A program made the position numbers and the translations under genes. Source: an uncultured delta proteobacterium (GTDB taxonomy: Bacteria > Myxococcota > B64-G9). Taken from it: a stretch of 64,000 nt of DNA. Positions 62,232-64,000 of the stretch are shown here, piece by piece. The notes below the pieces were generated by a model. The model saw only the letters and a list, made by a program, of their open reading frames with translations. It was not told the DNA's origin and ran no database searches. Each line of letters begins with the position of its first letter. Within the stretch, counting starts at the first letter, position 1. The stretch is taken from positions 115,914 to 179,913 of the forward strand of contig CAVWHX010000012.1 of NCBI GenBank assembly GCA_963754925.1, in the 5' to 3' direction.

Positions 62232-62918
62232 CTACAATTGGTACTTCACTTTCAGCGAAAGCGAGAATTTGATAACCGGCTGTCCGACCGACTTATCTTC
62301 CTTTTGAAGTTCGGACTGTTTCAGTTGAACGTCGGTAAAATAGTGCTTACCCTGCGCAGACGTTTTTGCCGACGTCACGTCTGTTGGTTGAAAACCAGGC
62401 GCCGGTTGCTGCGGGCTGTCAACCGCTGCCGGGGCCTCGGGACCTGGCATACTTTCTTCCACGGGTTTCTCCAGGGCTTCCATGAAATCGCCAACGTCTT
62501 TATTGCTCAGCGCCTCGCCCTCGACAACGACGTTACCGCCGTTATCGTCCCATTTTAATAACCAAACTTTTCTGGGAATGATGCGACTGAGTCGATCCAT
62601 CACTCGAACCGGACCAATTTTGTTTTTGATCAAATTGTCGATAATTTCGAGCTTCGTCGTGAGCTCGGTTTCAAGTCCCTTATACTTGTCAACATCGCCA
62701 ATCTCGCGTTCTAGTTGAGCTATCTCTTCTCGTATATCACTGATCTCCTTATTTTTCTCGGCGAGGGTATTCGCTACCGAGTGATGCCAAAAGAACAATG
62801 CCGCCAGCGCGATCAAAATCACACCGACAAATATTGACAGCTGCTGTCTGAGATTCTCGCGTTTACGCGCAGCTCTGACCGGTAGTAAGTTGATTTTAAT
62901 CATATGAGCATCTTTCAC
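62232..62918 (-). CDS. pilN: Type IV pilus alignment protein PilN
   Basis: MIKINLLP motif (probable start 62903), TM, coiled coil, IPRKVWL. Confidence 0.95.
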   Translation of the reverse strand: MKDAHMIKINLLPVRAARKRENLRQQLSIFVGVILIALAALFFWHHSVANTLAEKNKEISDIREEIAQLEREIGDVDKYKGLETELTTKLEIIDNLIKNKIGPVRVMDRLSRIIPRKVWLLKWDDNGGNVVVEGEALSNKDVGDFMEALEKPVEESMPGPEAPAAVDSPQQPAPGFQPTDVTSAKTSAQGKHYFTDVQLKQSELQKEDKSVGQPVIKFSLSLKVKYQL

Positions 62919-63979
62919 GTATCGTCTGGTGAACGAATCCCCAACCCAACCGCCACGGCCGCCGATGGTCCGATATCCCGGATGTACTCTGAATTAAACC
63001 GCTTGGGATCGAATTCAATATTACGAAACGGGTTCATGATCTCCACCGGCACGCCAACCTTGTTTTCGATCACCTTATAGAGCGATGGTATCCTGCAGGT
63101 CCCCCCGCTCAGGTAAACCCGCGCGACATGGCTATCAACTGCGGTGGCGGTAAAGAAATCGAGCGAACGCTGTATCTCGCCCGCCATGGTATCGGCAACC
63201 GAAAGAATGATGCGTTCAACCTCCTGCGGAATTACCGATTCTGCGTCGGTCTGCGGACCGCCGCCGAGCTTGAGCGCTTCCGCCTCATCGTAGCTCACGT
63301 TGAGCTGTTTTTGGATCTCCTCGGTGAACTGGTTGCCGCCCATTGAAATATCGCGGGTGAAAGCGGTAATGCCGGCGGCCAGAACATTGATGTTGATCAC
63401 GCTCGCGCCGATATTCACAAGCACAACCGTGTCATTGACGGGCAGATCGTAGTTGATTTCAAAAGCATTTTCGACGCAAAAGGCCGCCACGTCCACCATC
63501 ATCGGCGTCAACCCAGCCTCGTGCACCACCCCCAGGTAGTCGTTGATCATATCTTTCTTGGCCGCCACGAGCAGCACGTCCATTTGATTGTGCTCGACCG
63601 GATTCTGGGTGAGCACCTGAACATCGATATTCACATCGTTGATATCAAAGGGAATGTATTGCTCGGCCTCCCACTGAATTGATTCCTGAAGCTCTTCATT
63701 GGTCATGGTGGGCAGCGTAATCTTTTTGATGATAACCGAGTGCCCGCCGATGGCGATGCCGGTTTCTTTGTGGCGCACGCGCTGGGAACGAACCAACTCG
63801 CGAATGGTGTTGACTATCACGGTGGAGTTCATCAGTGCGCCGTCGATAATGGCCTCGGGCGGCAACGGCGCCATCCCAAAGTGTTTCAACTGGTAGCCGC
63901 GCTTGGTCTCCTTGAGCTGGATAAGCTTCACCGCGCTTGATCCGATGTCCAGCCCGACTACATTCTTCCCTCTGGCCAT
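62915..63979 (-). CDS. pilM: Type IV pilus assembly protein PilM
   Basis: VGLDIGSSAVK, WEAEQYIPF, EIQRSLDFF, YLSGG, AVAVGLG. Confidence 0.97.
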   Translation of the reverse strand: MARGKNVVGLDIGSSAVKLIQLKETKRGYQLKHFGMAPLPPEAIIDGALMNSTVIVNTIRELVRSQRVRHKETGIAIGGHSVIIKKITLPTMTNEELQESIQWEAEQYIPFDINDVNIDVQVLTQNPVEHNQMDVLLVAAKKDMINDYLGVVHEAGLTPMMVDVAAFCVENAFEINYDLPVNDTVVLVNIGASVININVLAAGITAFTRDISMGGNQFTEEIQKQLNVSYDEAEALKLGGGPQTDAESVIPQEVERIILSVADTMAGEIQRSLDFFTATAVDSHVARVYLSGGTCRIPSLYKVIENKVGVPVEIMNPFRNIEFDPKRFNSEYIRDIGPSAAVAVGLGIRSPDDT

Positions 63980-64000
63980 GGCGTGTCCTTACCTGCGCGA

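Noticed and set aside
294..63940. Numerous plus-strand and alternate-frame ORFs (e.g. 294-1352, 8313-9344, 37601-38605, 50181-50975)
   Set aside because: They are antisense or frame shadows of well-supported minus-strand genes in GC-rich DNA, with no recognisable motifs.

Overview
A gene-dense 64-kb segment in which every credible gene is on the minus strand; gene content points to a Myxococcota-like deltaproteobacterium (inference). In transcription order (right to left) it has six blocks. (1) The type IV pilus pilMNOPQ operon, a lipoprotein, an MglC-like roadblock protein, efp, an SgmX-like TPR protein, an ExeA-type ATPase, tRNA-Gly(CCC), TamB and a BamA/TamA-family gene. (2) An FHA-domain sigma-54 activator followed by a sigma-54-type promoter and an operon of Mts-like surface lipoproteins: three paralogous VWA + Ca-binding repeat proteins, an MtsF-like protein and two small lipoproteins. 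(3) A spermidine-synthase-like membrane protein and a Rieske / cytochrome b / 7-heme cytochrome c / GMC flavoprotein redox module. (4) An AT-rich island with a mosaic Cys-rich lipoprotein ending in a DUF1566-like lectin domain, then an MtsC-like thrombospondin-repeat MYXO-CTERM protein, each with its own sigma-54-type promoter. (5) A single-locus Agl-Glt-type envelope machine: MotA/TolQ, two ExbD/TolR, GltF/G-like, two beta-barrels, GltC/D-like and extra lipoprotein/TPR genes. (6) A porin and acetyl-CoA synthetase. The best candidate for an undescribed system is the linked 'PMF motor + trans-envelope Glt track + sigma-54-controlled Mts/VWA adhesin set', possibly with its own redox module. A structure-conserved palindromic repeat family is also present, with one copy translated inside a signal-peptide region. 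Ten frameshifts and one in-frame stop split otherwise intact genes and most likely reflect sequencing errors. All family names come from recognising motifs and remembered gene order, not from database searches.
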